Shown: one piece after another, positions 12,682-25,836 of the stretch | Layout: every line of letters begins with the position of its first letter | Numbering within the stretch: position 1 is the first letter of the stretch | Assembly: GCF_006345805.1 (NCBI RefSeq) | Contig: NC_042999.1 | Location: 128,464,001 to 128,528,000, forward strand | From: Octopus sinensis | Taxonomy: Eukaryota | Direction of reading: 5' to 3' | Length of the DNA: 64,000 bases | Made by a program: the position numbers and the translations under genes | Notes under the pieces: generated by a model | Told to the model about the DNA's origin: nothing | The model's database searches: none | What the model saw: the letters and a program-made list of their open reading frames with translations, nothing else

Positions 12682-12892
12682 AAATGCGTCCTTTTAAAGC
12701 CTAGCCAGGCTCATGGGCCTGGATGGGATGCCAGTCCATCACAGCATTATTCATTTTTGCCAGCTGACTGGACTGGAGCAACGTGAAATGAAGTGTTTTG
12801 CTCAAGAACACAATACATCGCCTGGTCCAGGAATCGAAACCACAATCGTACGATCATAATGCTGACACCCAAACCACTAAGCCACGTTCCTC
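12682..12892 (-). mobile_element. tRNA-derived SINE (second family)
   Basis: Minus strand gtggcttagtggtttgg...ggtttcgattcctgg (A/B boxes) followed by tgtgttcttgagcaaaacact core. Confidence 0.8.
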
Positions 12893-13559
12893 CATATATA
12901 TATATATATATGAGCCAGGAAAACCTAGTTATAGAGTGAATACCACATGTATTCCATAATATCATTATTATATGTGAATAGACATATCACAATTTCTATT
13001 CACATATAATAATAAATAGGTCTCAATAAACAAACCTAATAAAGTTACACCATAGTATTATTTTTCCTTTTGTTGTGTATATTCTCAAAATTCTCAATGA
13101 ATAGATATAAATAGGAAAAAAGGATTTACATAAGAGCATAATTGGATGATAATTAGTAGAATAGCATATAAAGATGCACATTCATGAAAGCAAAATATGA
13201 GGATATGTTTGGATAGATATATGTATGCATATACATATGGTCGTACATTAGTGCCAGATAAAAGAATACATATGTATAAGATGCATATGAGTGAATCTTC
13301 TTGGTTTTTTCTCATGCTATTTATGTGTGTATGTATGTATGTATGTATGTATGTATGTATGTATGTATGTATGTATATATGTATGTATGTATGTGTGTAT
13401 GTATGCGTATGTGTGTGGAGGGAGTACATGCACACCTGTATGTGTATTGTATGTATACACCATATAGATGAATGTATATGTATGTATAAGGATGCATGCG
13501 AGTTAATATTCTTAGTTTAATGGCCTCTCTTAATGACTAGTAAAGCAATTGTGATGGAA

Positions 13560-15150
13560 CCTAATGATAGCCAAAATTAAGTTTATAAGCAGACAGGTTT
13601 TGCATTCTGCTGTAGTAACAAACTGACCACATGCCAATGATTTCTTTTGCAATACAAGAAATAAGTAATTCTTCCAGTCTTTATATTTACAACATTATAA
13701 TATTCAGGTGTTCGTCTATCTTCATAAAAGTTGAGACATGTTCTTGCAGTAGAGATGAGTGTAACAGTTTCATTTTCTTTAATTATGAGTGTATAAAAAA
13801 GAAAGTTCCTTTTCATTCATTTCCATGGTGAATTGGATTGATTCCTTAATGCTGTTAATTTAAGGAAGCTTGTAAGGTCCACCTTACATTTTTTTCCAAA
13901 ATATGAAGCAGTCATCCAAGAATAATTTCCAGTTCCCTATTAGATAGGTTTAGAAATGATGATCAAAAGTAATTTTGGATAAGGTATGGATTTGTTTTTC
14001 TTCCAGGTACCCCCATTACAAGTGTTGCAAACATTGGTGCAACTTTCAGCCCCATTGCCATGCCTTGTATTTGTAGATAATATTGGTTGTCAAAGAAGTA
14101 GCTGTTTTTCAGTACTAATTGTAATCTTTCAAGTACAAATTCTTTTAAGAATCTCTCCAGAAATTTTTGTGGGTATTTGTCTATCCAAAATTCTACTGCT
14201 TCTAATCTTAATCCATGGGGGATATTTGTGTTGAGACTGGTAGTGTCAAAATGAACTAGGATTGCCTCATTATTATTTTGAGAATATAGCTTAAGAAGCC
14301 CAGGCATCTCTGATGAAACTAGGAACCGTTTTACACAAGGGTTTCAAAGTTATGTCAAGCAAGTTGCTTAATCTGTTGGTGCTGAATGCTGGTTCTGCAA
14401 CAATTGGATATAATTTTAGGTTAGATGGTTTGAGAATCTTTACATGTGGTGTATGGAGATCCTTTAAGCTGTTATTGATTTTTTTCAAATTTATGGATTT
14501 TTGAAAGTCTATAAAAGTTACTTGTTTTTACCTCACAATTTGTGATGTAATCCAATTCCTTTTCCATTAAATCATTTTTGAATCTGCCTATTAATTTATC
14601 AGTTTAACTCATTGTTCATTTATCTGCATTGGTTTCAAATTTCTTTTAGAAATGTAGGTCATATAGTTGTTTCAGGACCATTTCCCTGCAATGGGTCTTG
14701 CCTATTATAAAAATGGTTCCTCCTTTGTCAGCTTCTTTAATGACTACAGAGGAGTCTTTCTGTAGACATTCCAATGCCTTTTTGTTCTTCATTTGTAATG
14801 TTTGATTTTATATGGTTTGTTGAAATTTTTGAGATTGTAGATCTTTTTAGACACATTATATATTCCTCTGAGTGTTTATCTCTGTTTATCAGAGATTTAA
14901 ATCTCTTTTTTGTTTTTTACAAGTGATGGATCTTTGTTGTGCTTATTTTGGAAGAATTCTCATAGATGAAGTTTCCTACAAAATTTCTCAGTCTCTTTTA
15001 TAAGATCTGTCATGTTGGGTTTCAGAGTTTGCATGAATTTTAATCCAAATTTCAGAAGTTTAATTTCATTTTCCGAGGGGTTTCACAGTGAGAGGTTGAT
15101 TACTTTTGGGTCAGTTGGTTCAATATTTTCTTGACTTTATGTATCATTAG
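13560..15150 (-). mobile_element. Penelope-like reverse transcriptase remnant
   Basis: LYPIVAEPAFSTNRLSNLLDITLKPL..VPSFIRD, DTTSLNTNIPH, YLQIQGMAMG motifs; frameshifted. Confidence 0.85.
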
Positions 15151-16149
15151 TGTTTTCTTTCAGTTTACAAATTAAAGGTGAAAATGATCAACTATGAAAG
15201 ACAACAGAAGATTACTTTATAAAAATTCTTAATCTGAAACTGATATGGAAATAGTTAAGACCATTACAAAAAATCAATTTCTTCTATATGCATTATCCTG
15301 GAATATGTGTGCTTGAAAAGTTGAAAAACGAAAGTGCTTACACACAAAATACACATTAGACATATAATATGCACAATACACAAACTTATTCCACAAAAGT
15401 TAGTGAAATTGTGTTAAATAAAAGATATTTTTAAATAGTTAATAACTTATAAAAAATTTTTTCACATTATTGTAACTGTATCAAGTAATCTTTACAAAAA
15501 CTTTAAAATGTATATGTATATATGTATGTTTATATATATATATTTGTAGAAAGATAGATAGAGAGAGAGAAATTAGGCAAATAAAAAACTAAGGAAAATT
15601 CTACTAAGAAAATTTCTATATTGTATAACATGACCTGTACAAAATTATATATTATCCTAAAATATTTATTGAAACTGAGAATGAATTTTTTTCTTTTTCA
15701 AACATTTCACCTTAGAGCTTTCACTCAGGTGGCAAAGAAGATAAATTAATGCACTGAATCTAACATATATGTCTTCATATGGTATTGAATTCCAAATACT
15801 AGTCAATGATGTCTCCAAGCATTACCTTAATACAAGATTTCTGTATGAAACTCTGCTTACAGGCATAAGTCAGTTCATAACATTTATTTTTAAGTAACTA
15901 TTTGTAACCCAAAGTATCAGAGTTTTGCTTAAATCATCGTTCCTTGAACATTGCTTAGATAGTAGGCATCTAATTACTGTGTCCATGATACAAAGCCTCG
16001 CTCATACTATTGAATTCCGTTCTAACTCTATAACATTCTATGTGATCCACCATTAGAATGAAGGACCCTCAACATGATTCTTCAAACTGCAAGAATCAGC
16101 AGTCAATATCCTAAAAATTTCACCCTGTATACTGGATTGAGGATTAATC

Positions 16150-16378
16150 GGATTAAAAGCACACAGATAACTCTGTCAAATGTAATGCTTATTTATCCAT
16201 GTTGTTTTGAATTAATTATGGATTATTTCATAGCCTTGATATTTTGATAATATGATTGCTTATTTTTAGAATGAAATTGTAGGGTAGGTAAGAGAAGCTA
16301 CATCTGGCTAATTTGAACATAAATGGCTAGGACATTTGGGCTGGATATTGTTGGTTAAAAAACTAAAGAGTTAAAATA
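16150..16378. mobile_element. TTAA/CCC-ended piggyBac-like MITE family (degenerate copy)
   Basis: Homologous to better-preserved copy at 48880-49105. Confidence 0.7.
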
Positions 16379-16703
16379 AGATTGAAGACATAAGCATTCC
16401 ATTCCATTGATTTTCTACTTTATTGTTTTAGTCATCTTTGTTATAGAATCACTAGTATTAATATTTTCCCACTTCAGTTCATTCCCATACAGCTTCCTAG
16501 ACCATTCCCCACATTCATCTTTACCTCTATCTCTAACCATGTGTTACTCTCCTCTCATACTCTTGTGAACTTACCTATTCACCCACCTTTCCCAATCCTC
16601 TGTTACTATTCTCTTTTCTGTTCACCTTCTTGTACCATGAGGATATGCTCTGACACCTCATTATCCCCATTTTTACCTCACTTTCCAGCTTCTCTCATCT
16701 TAC

Positions 16704-16737
<34 letters not shown>

Positions 16738-16894
16738 CAGAATATTAAATTTCTAAATATCTCATAATATATATATATAATATGCAATAGCCATTTATTT
16801 CCACACCAGCCCTCTCTCACACTTTAGCCTCTCAACAACTGACATAAAACTACTGCTATCTTAATAATACCCTCACCTTTTCTGTCTTGTGTAT

Positions 16895-17095
16895 TACTTG
16901 GTGACATCACTAGTGTTGGCGTCACATTTAAAAAGCACTCTGACTTTGTAAAATGGTTGGCATAAGGAAGGGCATCCAGCCATAGAAGCCATTCCAACGC
17001 AGACATTGGAACTTGATACAATCCTCTGGTTCATTGGATCCTGTTGAACTAATGCATGTCAGAATGGAAATCAGTCATTAAAGGATGATGACTTC
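16895..17095 (+). mobile_element. SINE/RTE shared 3' tail repeat
   Basis: ggttggcataaggaagggcatccagc...ccatg..agaatggaaa..gatgatga, same tail as RTE 3' ends; further copies about 27190-27400, 28090-28360 (minus), 35650-35900. Confidence 0.65.
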
Positions 17096-17192
17096 TCAGT
17101 GCTTTAATAACACTATCATATTATTAAATTTGTATACACATGCATGTGTGTATGTGTGTTTGTTTTTTTGTTTCTATGTGTCACTGTTTGAG

Positions 17193-17251
17193 TAATGGTG
17201 GCGATTTTTGTAAACAACATGTCTCATACTCCAGTGATTTCCTTCACTTTG
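17193..17251 (+). CDS. Candidate internal exon, unknown gene
   Basis: Pyrimidine tract + AG, donor G|GTAAGT; open as NGGDFCKQHVSYSSDFLHF or MVAIFVNNMSHTPVISFTL. Confidence 0.25.
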
Positions 17252-17350
17252 GTAAGTGAAGATCTGTGGAATAAAAATATATCTTGAGTCACAAGTAAGG
17301 ATCAGTATCAGGAAGAACAACTGACAACAAGACCATATCTCAATAAGTTA

Positions 17351-17351
<1 letters not shown>

Positions 17352-17402
<51 letters not shown>

Positions 17403-17415
17403 GTGTGTGTGTGTA
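17352..17415. repeat. (TG)n microsatellite
   Basis: Direct reading. Confidence 0.95.
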
Positions 17416-18464
17416 CACTTCTCTTGAATAAGATATAGAGACAACGTGCATGTTTTCCCATAAAACAATAGATGTGAAAATAAGGTTTGAAATCATTATG
17501 TTTCTTTAAGGATTCTACATTGTAATTTGTTAAGATATTCTCATAAATTAAAAAGACAGAAACATTTAACCCACTCCTGATGGTTTCAGTAAATATTTGA
17601 GGATTTGTATTTCTTGGCAACAAACTAAATTCCTGTTAAAAATTCTGGATTATTTGCCAAGCTAAATCAACGTAAAAGAAGAGGAAAAAAAAAAACAGCC
17701 CTCAAACAAAAATTTCCTATATTGACTGAAAGCCAAGAATACTGAATTTTCTCCAATATGTGTATTGATCCTAAGTGGGTTGTAAACATACAATTACATC
17801 AGCACACATGTGATGAGAAGGTGTTTCCGACACTCTCTGACACCAAACAGTAAATTTCATACATCGATAAACTGATATTTAACAACACAGAAATGTCTGA
17901 CAGTGTAGTATCCTCTCCCCGTCTCTATGTCGGCCAATAGCATTATAGATTGATGATAGATTGATGGGATAATGTTATATCCAGTTTTTCAATAACATTG
18001 AAACTGTCTCCCAAAGTTATTTTTCTCACCAACACTCTTACACAATATACATCTTTCTTTGATTCTCTCTCTCTCTCTCTTCCACCCACTTTTACTCTTT
18101 GTCATCTTCATCATATCACTCATACCCCACCTCTTTTCTCTTGTCATAGTCTTGAATATTTGCTCCAATACAGCCACCCACACCATAACTCACAAACTTT
18201 CTCAGACATTCTCTTACTCACACCATCAGCCACCTACACAGACTTTCTCACACCCACTCACACCTCCCCTACACTCTCTCATTCTCCTGACCACCCTTTC
18301 ACCAATATAGCCATTTATGCAGTATTTCTCACAGTCTCCTACACAATCTCACCTTGTGACATGTGTACACCATCTCAGCTGCAACATTCAGTCTCCCAAA
18401 GTCTTCCAAAAACCTCTCTCCTATAGCCACCCATATTGTCATCCCCAATATCACATCAACAATA

Positions 18465-18465
18465 G

Positions 18466-18510
<45 letters not shown>

Positions 18511-18620
18511 CGACGATGACGACGATGATGATAACAACAGTGAGAATGGCAACAACAACAACAACAACGACGATGACAACGATGATGATGATGACAACGA
18601 TGATGATGATAGTGGTGATG
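18465..18620. repeat. (GAT)n/(AAC)n trinucleotide array
   Basis: Direct reading. Confidence 0.95.
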
Positions 18621-18624
18621 TTTG

Positions 18625-19480
18625 ACCTCAGATCAGACCTAACTAAGTAGACTTACAATCAAAGATGTTCTATCCATAGCATATCTATTTCAGACTGAAT
18701 ACATCTAGAAATGCATTATCCAATGAACCTTGTTTTTAAAATGGTAGGTTGTGACTCGCAGGAGATTCAAAGTGCTGTTCCTCGCATGTTAAATAACCTT
18801 ATAGAGAGAATTTTTCATTGATTCATACAGTGGATGAATACTGTTGCTGTGTAACTCCCTAAGTCAGATCCTTCTTCCCAGTTATACCATGTCTCCACTT
18901 AGCAGAGGACAATACAGTGACAAATCATATGATAGATGGATAGGTTGCACTCTCTTTCAGTATTGTTGTAGATTCTCATGTTGACTACAGCAGAAACAGC
19001 CAAGGTGGACTTGGTCATAGAGCAACAGTTGTTCCTCTATCTTACTGTTGGATGTATACATCCCAGGACAGTGTCTAGAATTAGTGAGGCTATTAATGTT
19101 TTAATAATTGCTGTATTTGTTCCTTCTGCTTGTCTGGCCCAAGTTGAAGAGAGGGATTTGAAAGTGATTTTTGCTGTATTGGTAGGATTTGTGTCAGTTG
19201 AAACTTGCAGTGACAAACTGTGCCCCCTACATAGGTGATCTTTTGTTTTTAGCATGTTGTAGGAGCACTTGAGAAGTGTGGGATACCTTAGTCCTTGTCT
19301 GTCTATTTGAGAGAAAGAAAACTTTTAGTTCAAACCTTTTTTGGTAGGGATGGAAAGAAGATGGATATTCTTATGTAAAATCTTACTTTAGTGTGGTTCA
19401 GTTGTCTCACCTTCTTGTGCTTTTGTAAATTCCTTCTTGTAATCAAAAAAGAGCATGAGTGTGCAGTGCAAGCTCAATTC
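18625..19480 (-). mobile_element. Decayed non-LTR retrotransposon 3' fragment (I/Nimb-like)
   Basis: FKSLSSTWARQAEGTNTAIIKTLIASLILDTVLGCIHP resembles the post-RT region of I-group LINEs; many stops. Confidence 0.45.
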
Positions 19481-19481
19481 C

Positions 19482-19710
19482 CTATGACCCATTGACATTC
19501 AGGTTACTGTCAAATGTAGTACTTATTTATTCACATTGTTTTAAATTAATCATGTATTATCTCATCGCTTCAAGATTTTGATGATGTGATTGTATATTTT
19601 TAGAATGACATTGTAGGGTAGGTGAGAGAGGTTAGATCTAGCCAGTTTGAATATATAAAACAGGTAGAATATTTGATCTGGATATGGCCAGTTGAAATGC
19701 TAATGAGTTA
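19482..19710. mobile_element. piggyBac-like MITE copy
   Basis: Homologous to 48880-49105. Confidence 0.7.
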
Positions 19711-20489
19711 AACAAACTCATGCACAAGTAATGTTTGATAATGTATTATCTTCAATAACCCAGACTGGAAGGTGGTTACACTTAAAACTGAGGAGAATGG
19801 CCACCATGCACATATGAGTATAGGTATATGGAGAGTTCTGAGAAAATAACTGATTGAAATAAAATTCATCAGAAACAGTTGACTGAGAAAACAATTGATT
19901 GAAGACACAGTTGCTTGAATCACTAATTAATCAAATTATTGCAAAAATTAAAATAACTATAGTGATTGTTAAAATAAAGGTTACATTGCAATGTTTTACC
20001 AAAATAATTCTGTTTTTATTAAAATGTAGAAGCAGGTATGTGTGGGTGTCTGTTACATGTAAGTTTACTGTTTAGAAACTGGTGCTTTTATACTTTGAAC
20101 TGATGCACACACACATTTATACACACAGGCATGCATACACATACACATATGCACATGTACATGTGCACACACATAGATGCACATGCACACATGCACATAC
20201 ACACATGTACATGTTCAACTGACCATAATGTGAGATCATGTATTGTATAATGTTTTAATAAAAAAAATTATTTTGTTACACATGATAGTATAACCATATC
20301 CTCCAGTCTGTTTTCTATATTTCAAATATTGACTTATAATTCAAACAGTTGTTGGTTCAAGCAATCATTACTTTAATCAATTTTTTTGTTAATCAACTCT
20401 TTCTAATCAATTGTATGTTAGATTAAATGTTTTCAATAAATTGGTACCAAACTGTATGTATGTTGGTGTTCTCCTTCTCTTTTTAATTT

Positions 20490-21790
20490 AGGTAGCAAGG
20501 GTGTGAAGGAACTCATCTGGTTTTGGTCATTATCCTATAGATCTTAAGAAAATCTTGTAGATATTTATAGTCCCAGATATTGTGATCATTTGTAGCATAT
20601 GAATTAAGGATTGCATTCTCTCCCCAAGATCCTAAGTTCAGTCATGCTTTGCTCCAGACTGGTTGGTATGTATCTGGTTGCTCCCATAATAATAGGTATA
20701 AAGATGAAAGTGGATCTTGGGTACTTGGGATATCTTCTTTCTCTTGTATTTTTCTAAGCACATTGGTGACCACTGGATAGCTGATTTCCACAACAGAACA
20801 TATCATTTCCTTGTGGTCCCACACTACAATATCTAACCAGTTGTCTTTTAACGTGGAGGCTGCTTTAATTTTTAAGCTCCGTTGATATTATTTTGACTCA
20901 TTGGTCTCAATATTGTCAACTTCAACTGTAGGCATTTTCTTTTTTATTATCTAGTTCCAGACTGTTTTGGCCAAAGCATCATGCCACATTCTCTTACAAT
21001 TGCCAATAATATGGTTGATGTTTTCAGTATCGGTCTTGCACAGTTTACATTTGCTTTCTGTCAATGTTTCCTGTTTTTATGCTGAGGGTACTCGTTGGGA
21101 TCTCTTATTCTTGAAATGCATGGCTGTAACCTTTGAAGTTGGACATCATAAACTTGTCAGTATTCCATTCCAAGCTTTTAATATGATCATTCCTGTTTAT
21201 GGTTTGTGTTTTTCATGCCAAGTATGAAAGTATTATGTTCTCAATGAACTGGTTCATTGTTTTTTTTGTTCTTCTGATAAACAGATTTTACCAATGCTCT
21301 TCGGGGAAATATCTGTATCAGCTCTTATTTCATATCTCTCCCCAAATTCATTAGCTATCCTAATTATGTTATTGATTTCATGGTTACAACTTGGGTAAGA
21401 TGGTTACCAGTCTCTTCCCTCTGCTGCAGATCTTTCAGTGTCACAATATGTGCTTCATATGATATCAATACAGACTTGAGACCACAGCTACCACCCTTGT
21501 GTGAGAAGTATAGCCTTCTACATCTCCATTGGTGTTGACAATTCCTGTAACACTGAGCAGCTTGCAGGTCTAACCATCTGTTTCATTGAGTTCTTGTAAT
21601 TACCAATTCAGAAGACTAAATGTAAGCATGAGGACAGGCACTGCAAAGGTGCTGTGGGCAATAGTTTTGTTGTAATCTGAGGGTTCTGATGAACATATTC
21701 TCTTTACTCTCCTGAGTAAACAGGAAATTCCAGGCCCAGACCTTATGACAGGTTATTGGTTGAAGAATTTCTCCTTTTATTGGTGAGATT
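20490..21790 (-). mobile_element. R4/Dong-type RLE LINE 3' portion (decayed)
   Basis: AVPVLMLTFSLLNW, post-RT region, WDHKEMICSVVEISYP (RLE domain); same family as 55690-56596. Confidence 0.8.
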
Positions 21791-21794
21791 TCAT

Positions 21795-22035
21795 ACCATT
21801 GTATGGAGAAAGTATCAAGGACATACAAAAGCTACCCCATTGGTTATCAAGTGCAAATCCTCTCCTCACCTACAAAAATAGCCAAACCACCCTTGCTAAA
21901 AATTATCACCCCGAAGCCTGCCAGGACATCTTGTACAAATTATACACTGGGTGCCTCACTCTGTTCTTGCAGGATCATTGTGCCACCAACATTATAACAC
22001 TTGGGCAATGTAGAGGAAAGAAGGAGGCGTGATGC
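21795..22035 (+). mobile_element. RT N-terminal segment of an R4-type LINE, inverted relative to the adjacent 3' portion
   Basis: KLPHWLSS..KNSQTTLAKNYHPEACQDILYKLYTGCL..FLQDHC..NII = NYRPIAC..YKL..T RT domain 1. Confidence 0.75.
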
Positions 22036-22389
22036 TGTATAGAGCAGCTACTAATTAATAATAGAATCCAAAAAAACAAACAGTAAAAAATAATAGGATC
22101 TTAACCATAATGTGGATGAATATATCATTCAGATCATAAACAGATGGCCTAAATGTCATCATGTTATTATCTACTGATGAGATATGATGTTGTAATCAAG
22201 ACACTGAACAATGTGATCTATCAGAAGGATAATTCTGACGCCAAAGAGATAAGATATCTTCAGCGTTAATTCCACAAAGCTTGCATAAGCTGTCACTATG
22301 TATGTGTGTGTGTATGTGTGTGTGTGTGTGTGTGACTATATGTTTGTATGTTTATCATTACATTTTCTATTCATCAATATTCTTCCAAG

Positions 22390-22520
22390 AAGGCAGGAAA
22401 CAAAGAAACAAAACCCACAACTGGAATTTGGACGACAAGAACAATTGTTATGTATCAAACTTTAAGAAAGCCTTGCATATTTTCTCTGTTCCAACCATAG
22501 ATTGCATCCTCATCATACAA
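22390..22520 (+). CDS. Candidate exon, unknown
   Basis: ttcttccaag acceptor, CAA|GTAACA donor, open frame EGRKQRNKTHNWNLDDKNNCYVSNFKKALHIFSVPTIDCILIIQ. Confidence 0.15.
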
Positions 22521-22787
22521 GTAACATTGTTTGTTTCCAGTCTTCCATGGAAAATGTCTAGTTATGGGAAAATGTTAGTTTGCTTGGATACAAGTGAGGG
22601 TTAGAGACAGGAAGAAAATCTGCCTCAACAAATTCTCTCTGACCCATGCAAGTATGGAAAACTGGATGTAAAACAATGATGACAATGATGATGATGTTGT
22701 TGTTGTTGTTGTTGTTGATGATGATGATGATGATGACAACGATGACGACGATGATGGTGATGATTTTCTGATTCTGTATGAATTCAG

Positions 22788-22870
22788 TGAGTTGGCAGTT
22801 CAATTGGTCAAAAAATTGGATTGCTCAATTGCTGATCCTCGTCACTGACGGAGATCCATTAAAAAATATT
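22788..22870 (+). CDS. Candidate exon with VWA-like LLILVTDGDP motif
   Basis: Donor ATT|GTAAGT; open frame SWQFNWSKNWIAQLLILVTDGDPLKNI; acceptor weak. Confidence 0.2.
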
Positions 22871-23329
22871 GTAAGTAGCTTGCCAGAAACCTGGGGTGGA
22901 GTACAAAACAGTGCAATAAATATCGTTAATATTCAGTTCGAACATTAAGTTGGTTGCTAGTGAGGAAATATGAACGGTCTATGTTTTCATATATTTGTAC
23001 ATTTGTATCTTTTAAATGTATCTGTGCATAATACCTAAGTGTATGTGCATATGTATATGTGTGTGTATACGTCTGCATGTGTGTATGTATACAGTGTTTG
23101 TATGTATCTTTTTATGTATGTGTGAACGTGTGTATCTCTGTGTGTATGTAGCTCTATGCATGTGCTTGTGTGTGTATATATGTATAGTCTACTGGCTACA
23201 GAGATAAATGTATGTATGAATGCTTCTACCTGAAGCATATCTTCTAAGATACCATCAATACATTGTAATTAGACAAGACTTTTAGAGGAGGTTAGTATTT
23301 TTGTTGCCATGGCAACCAGTTGCTGTTAA

Positions 23330-23379
23330 TAATGATGATGATAATGGTGATGGTGATGACAATGACAGCAGCAATAGTA

Positions 23380-23477
<98 letters not shown>

Positions 23478-23516
23478 AATAATAATAATAATAATAATAA
23501 TATAATAATAATAATA
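23330..23516. repeat. (AAT)n-(GAT)n-(AAT)n compound repeat
   Basis: Direct reading. Confidence 0.97.
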
Positions 23517-24957
23517 AACAAAATACCATATTTGGTAAATCTTAAAACTTTATTGTCTACAACTCATTTTCTTTTCTCTTTGACTCTCCCTGAGTATTCG
23601 AAAATGTAAACATCCTTTTCATTGCAAAAGTCCTACTATATTCTCCAACTGGACAAGCAAACATCTCAAGAAAACTTTAAAACTTTAATATATTACCCAA
23701 ATATGTAAACACACCTTTTATTGTAACAACACAATTGAATTCAGAAATTCAAAAATTCAACGATGTGAATATCAGTATATATATATGTATGCATGTGTGT
23801 GTGTGTGTGTATTATTGTTATTTCTACCAGTAATTACAAATAAAACAGGCTGAATTGCTTCTTTTCAAGGCAGCACTCTCAGTGGTCACTGGTAGTAGTA
23901 AACACATTTGATCTCTGCTGACCCAAAGCATGCAAAGATTCTCTATGGCTGACCTCCCCACCATCTGCCTAATCTATTTATAGACCTGTAGAATATGATC
24001 TATTCACCAAGCTGCTACCCAACTATTTCCTCTAACAACCACATACTTATGATTATCTCAAGTATAAGACAAAAGTTTAAAATAAAAAGCATTTAGTAAA
24101 ATCTTTTAATAATAAATGGAAATAGTCATAGAAAACAAGTCAAAATAGACTATAGAACCTGGTGCAGCCCCTGGCCTTATTGTTTCCTGTCAAGCTGCCC
24201 AACCCATGCCAGTATGAATAAAAACGAACATTAAATGTTGATTTTGATGATGATGATGATGATGACGACGACGACAACTACAACAACAACAACAACTAAT
24301 ACTCACAGCAACAACTACTTATTCTTCGATAAAAGCATTTTTCATATGCAAATTTATTACAAATGCTCTGACATGGTGGCCATCATCCCTGCCACTACCA
24401 CCATCAGTTCTACCATTCCACTTGTGCACTCACACACATCATCTGACTTAAAACATGAGATACTAAGTGCAGACAAACATTCAACAGTAATATATATATT
24501 GTGTGTATAAATATATCAATATAACTTTATGTATGAATTAAATATAAACACTGATATGCACATGAATATACACATACATACTTATACATACTCAGCCAGA
24601 TGTGTAAATTCATAATCATATACATATATACATATACATATCAAGAAAAAAGAAGCAGAAAAGCACACACGTATATAAACATATCTAGATAAAAGTATTT
24701 ACACATTATTATACACTTATATTAATATATTTACATATACACTTATACATGCATACATATAGTCAAACAACCAAATGCAAAAACAGACTTGCAATCATAC
24801 ATTAACATATATAGACACTCGAGGAAAAAAGGTACACACATACATGTATGTATATATATATTCATCAAGTTACAGAGATACATATACACAAGTGTTCATA
24901 TGAATTTGAATCAATATACACGCTGATAAGATGGGGTTTTGGATATATTTGCCTGTA

Positions 24958-25836
24958 CAAGATTGTATCAAAAGGTTCCCAGACTAGTCATGTTTAATAA
25001 AAAAAATAACTTATTTATCTAAATTTTAACATTATCTCCTTTAAAATTGTTGCCTTGAGTAGCAATACACCAGTCCCAGAGTTCCTGCCACTTTTGGAAT
25101 CCAGCCTGGAGACCATTTTCTGTAAGCGAGTCAAGGATCTTCTACAAATCATTCAGGATCTTGACAACGGTGTTAAAATGACACCCTTTGAGCTGCTTTT
25201 TCATCTTGTAGAAGAGACAGAAGCCTGCAGGCATAAAATCTGGCAAATAAGGCAGATGTGGAAGTGATACGATGTTATTTATGGTGAGAAACTTATGAGT
25301 GAGGAGAACTCAGTGAAGAATCCAATTCTTCCCTGCCACAGATCTAGTCACTTTCACTGCATGTCCAACTTCAAATGCTTCAAAACATTGCAGTAGAACT
25401 CTTGACTGACAGTCTGGCTCTGGGGGATGGATTCTCAATGCTCTATACTACATTTTCGGGCATGATGCTTGTGGTAGGTCTTTTTGATCACTCTTTGTCT
25501 TTCAGGGATGTTCTTCTGCTTTTGAAGTGCCCATACCACTCAAAACATTGCAAACGACTCATTGCACCTTGTCGCTGTAAGCTTGCCAAAGTGCACTCAA
25601 TGTCTCTGTAGCAGACTTCCCAACTTCAGCACAAAATTTCGCATTGGCTCTTTGTTCCATTGCCCTGTCCGTGACAAAATTGCACAGATTTTACAACTTG
25701 CAAAGTAAACACAGTGGTGTTACTCAGAACACAACCTCATGAAGCTTACTGCTAACTCTCACTACTCATGCAACCATGTGCTGTCATTTGTTGATGCACT
25801 ACAGAACCAGTCTGGGAACTTTTTGATAGCACCTCA
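24958..25836 (-). mobile_element. Internally deleted mariner, same family as 4345-5592
   Basis: Matching TIRs caagattgtatcaaaaggttcccagactag / ccagtctgggaactttttgatagcacct; homologous internal sequence with deletions. Confidence 0.85.

Noticed and set aside
15701-15728. CTGAGTGA...TGAAATGTT hammerhead-like string upstream of the Penelope RT
   Set aside because: Extra base in box 1 and no convincing stem I or II pairing
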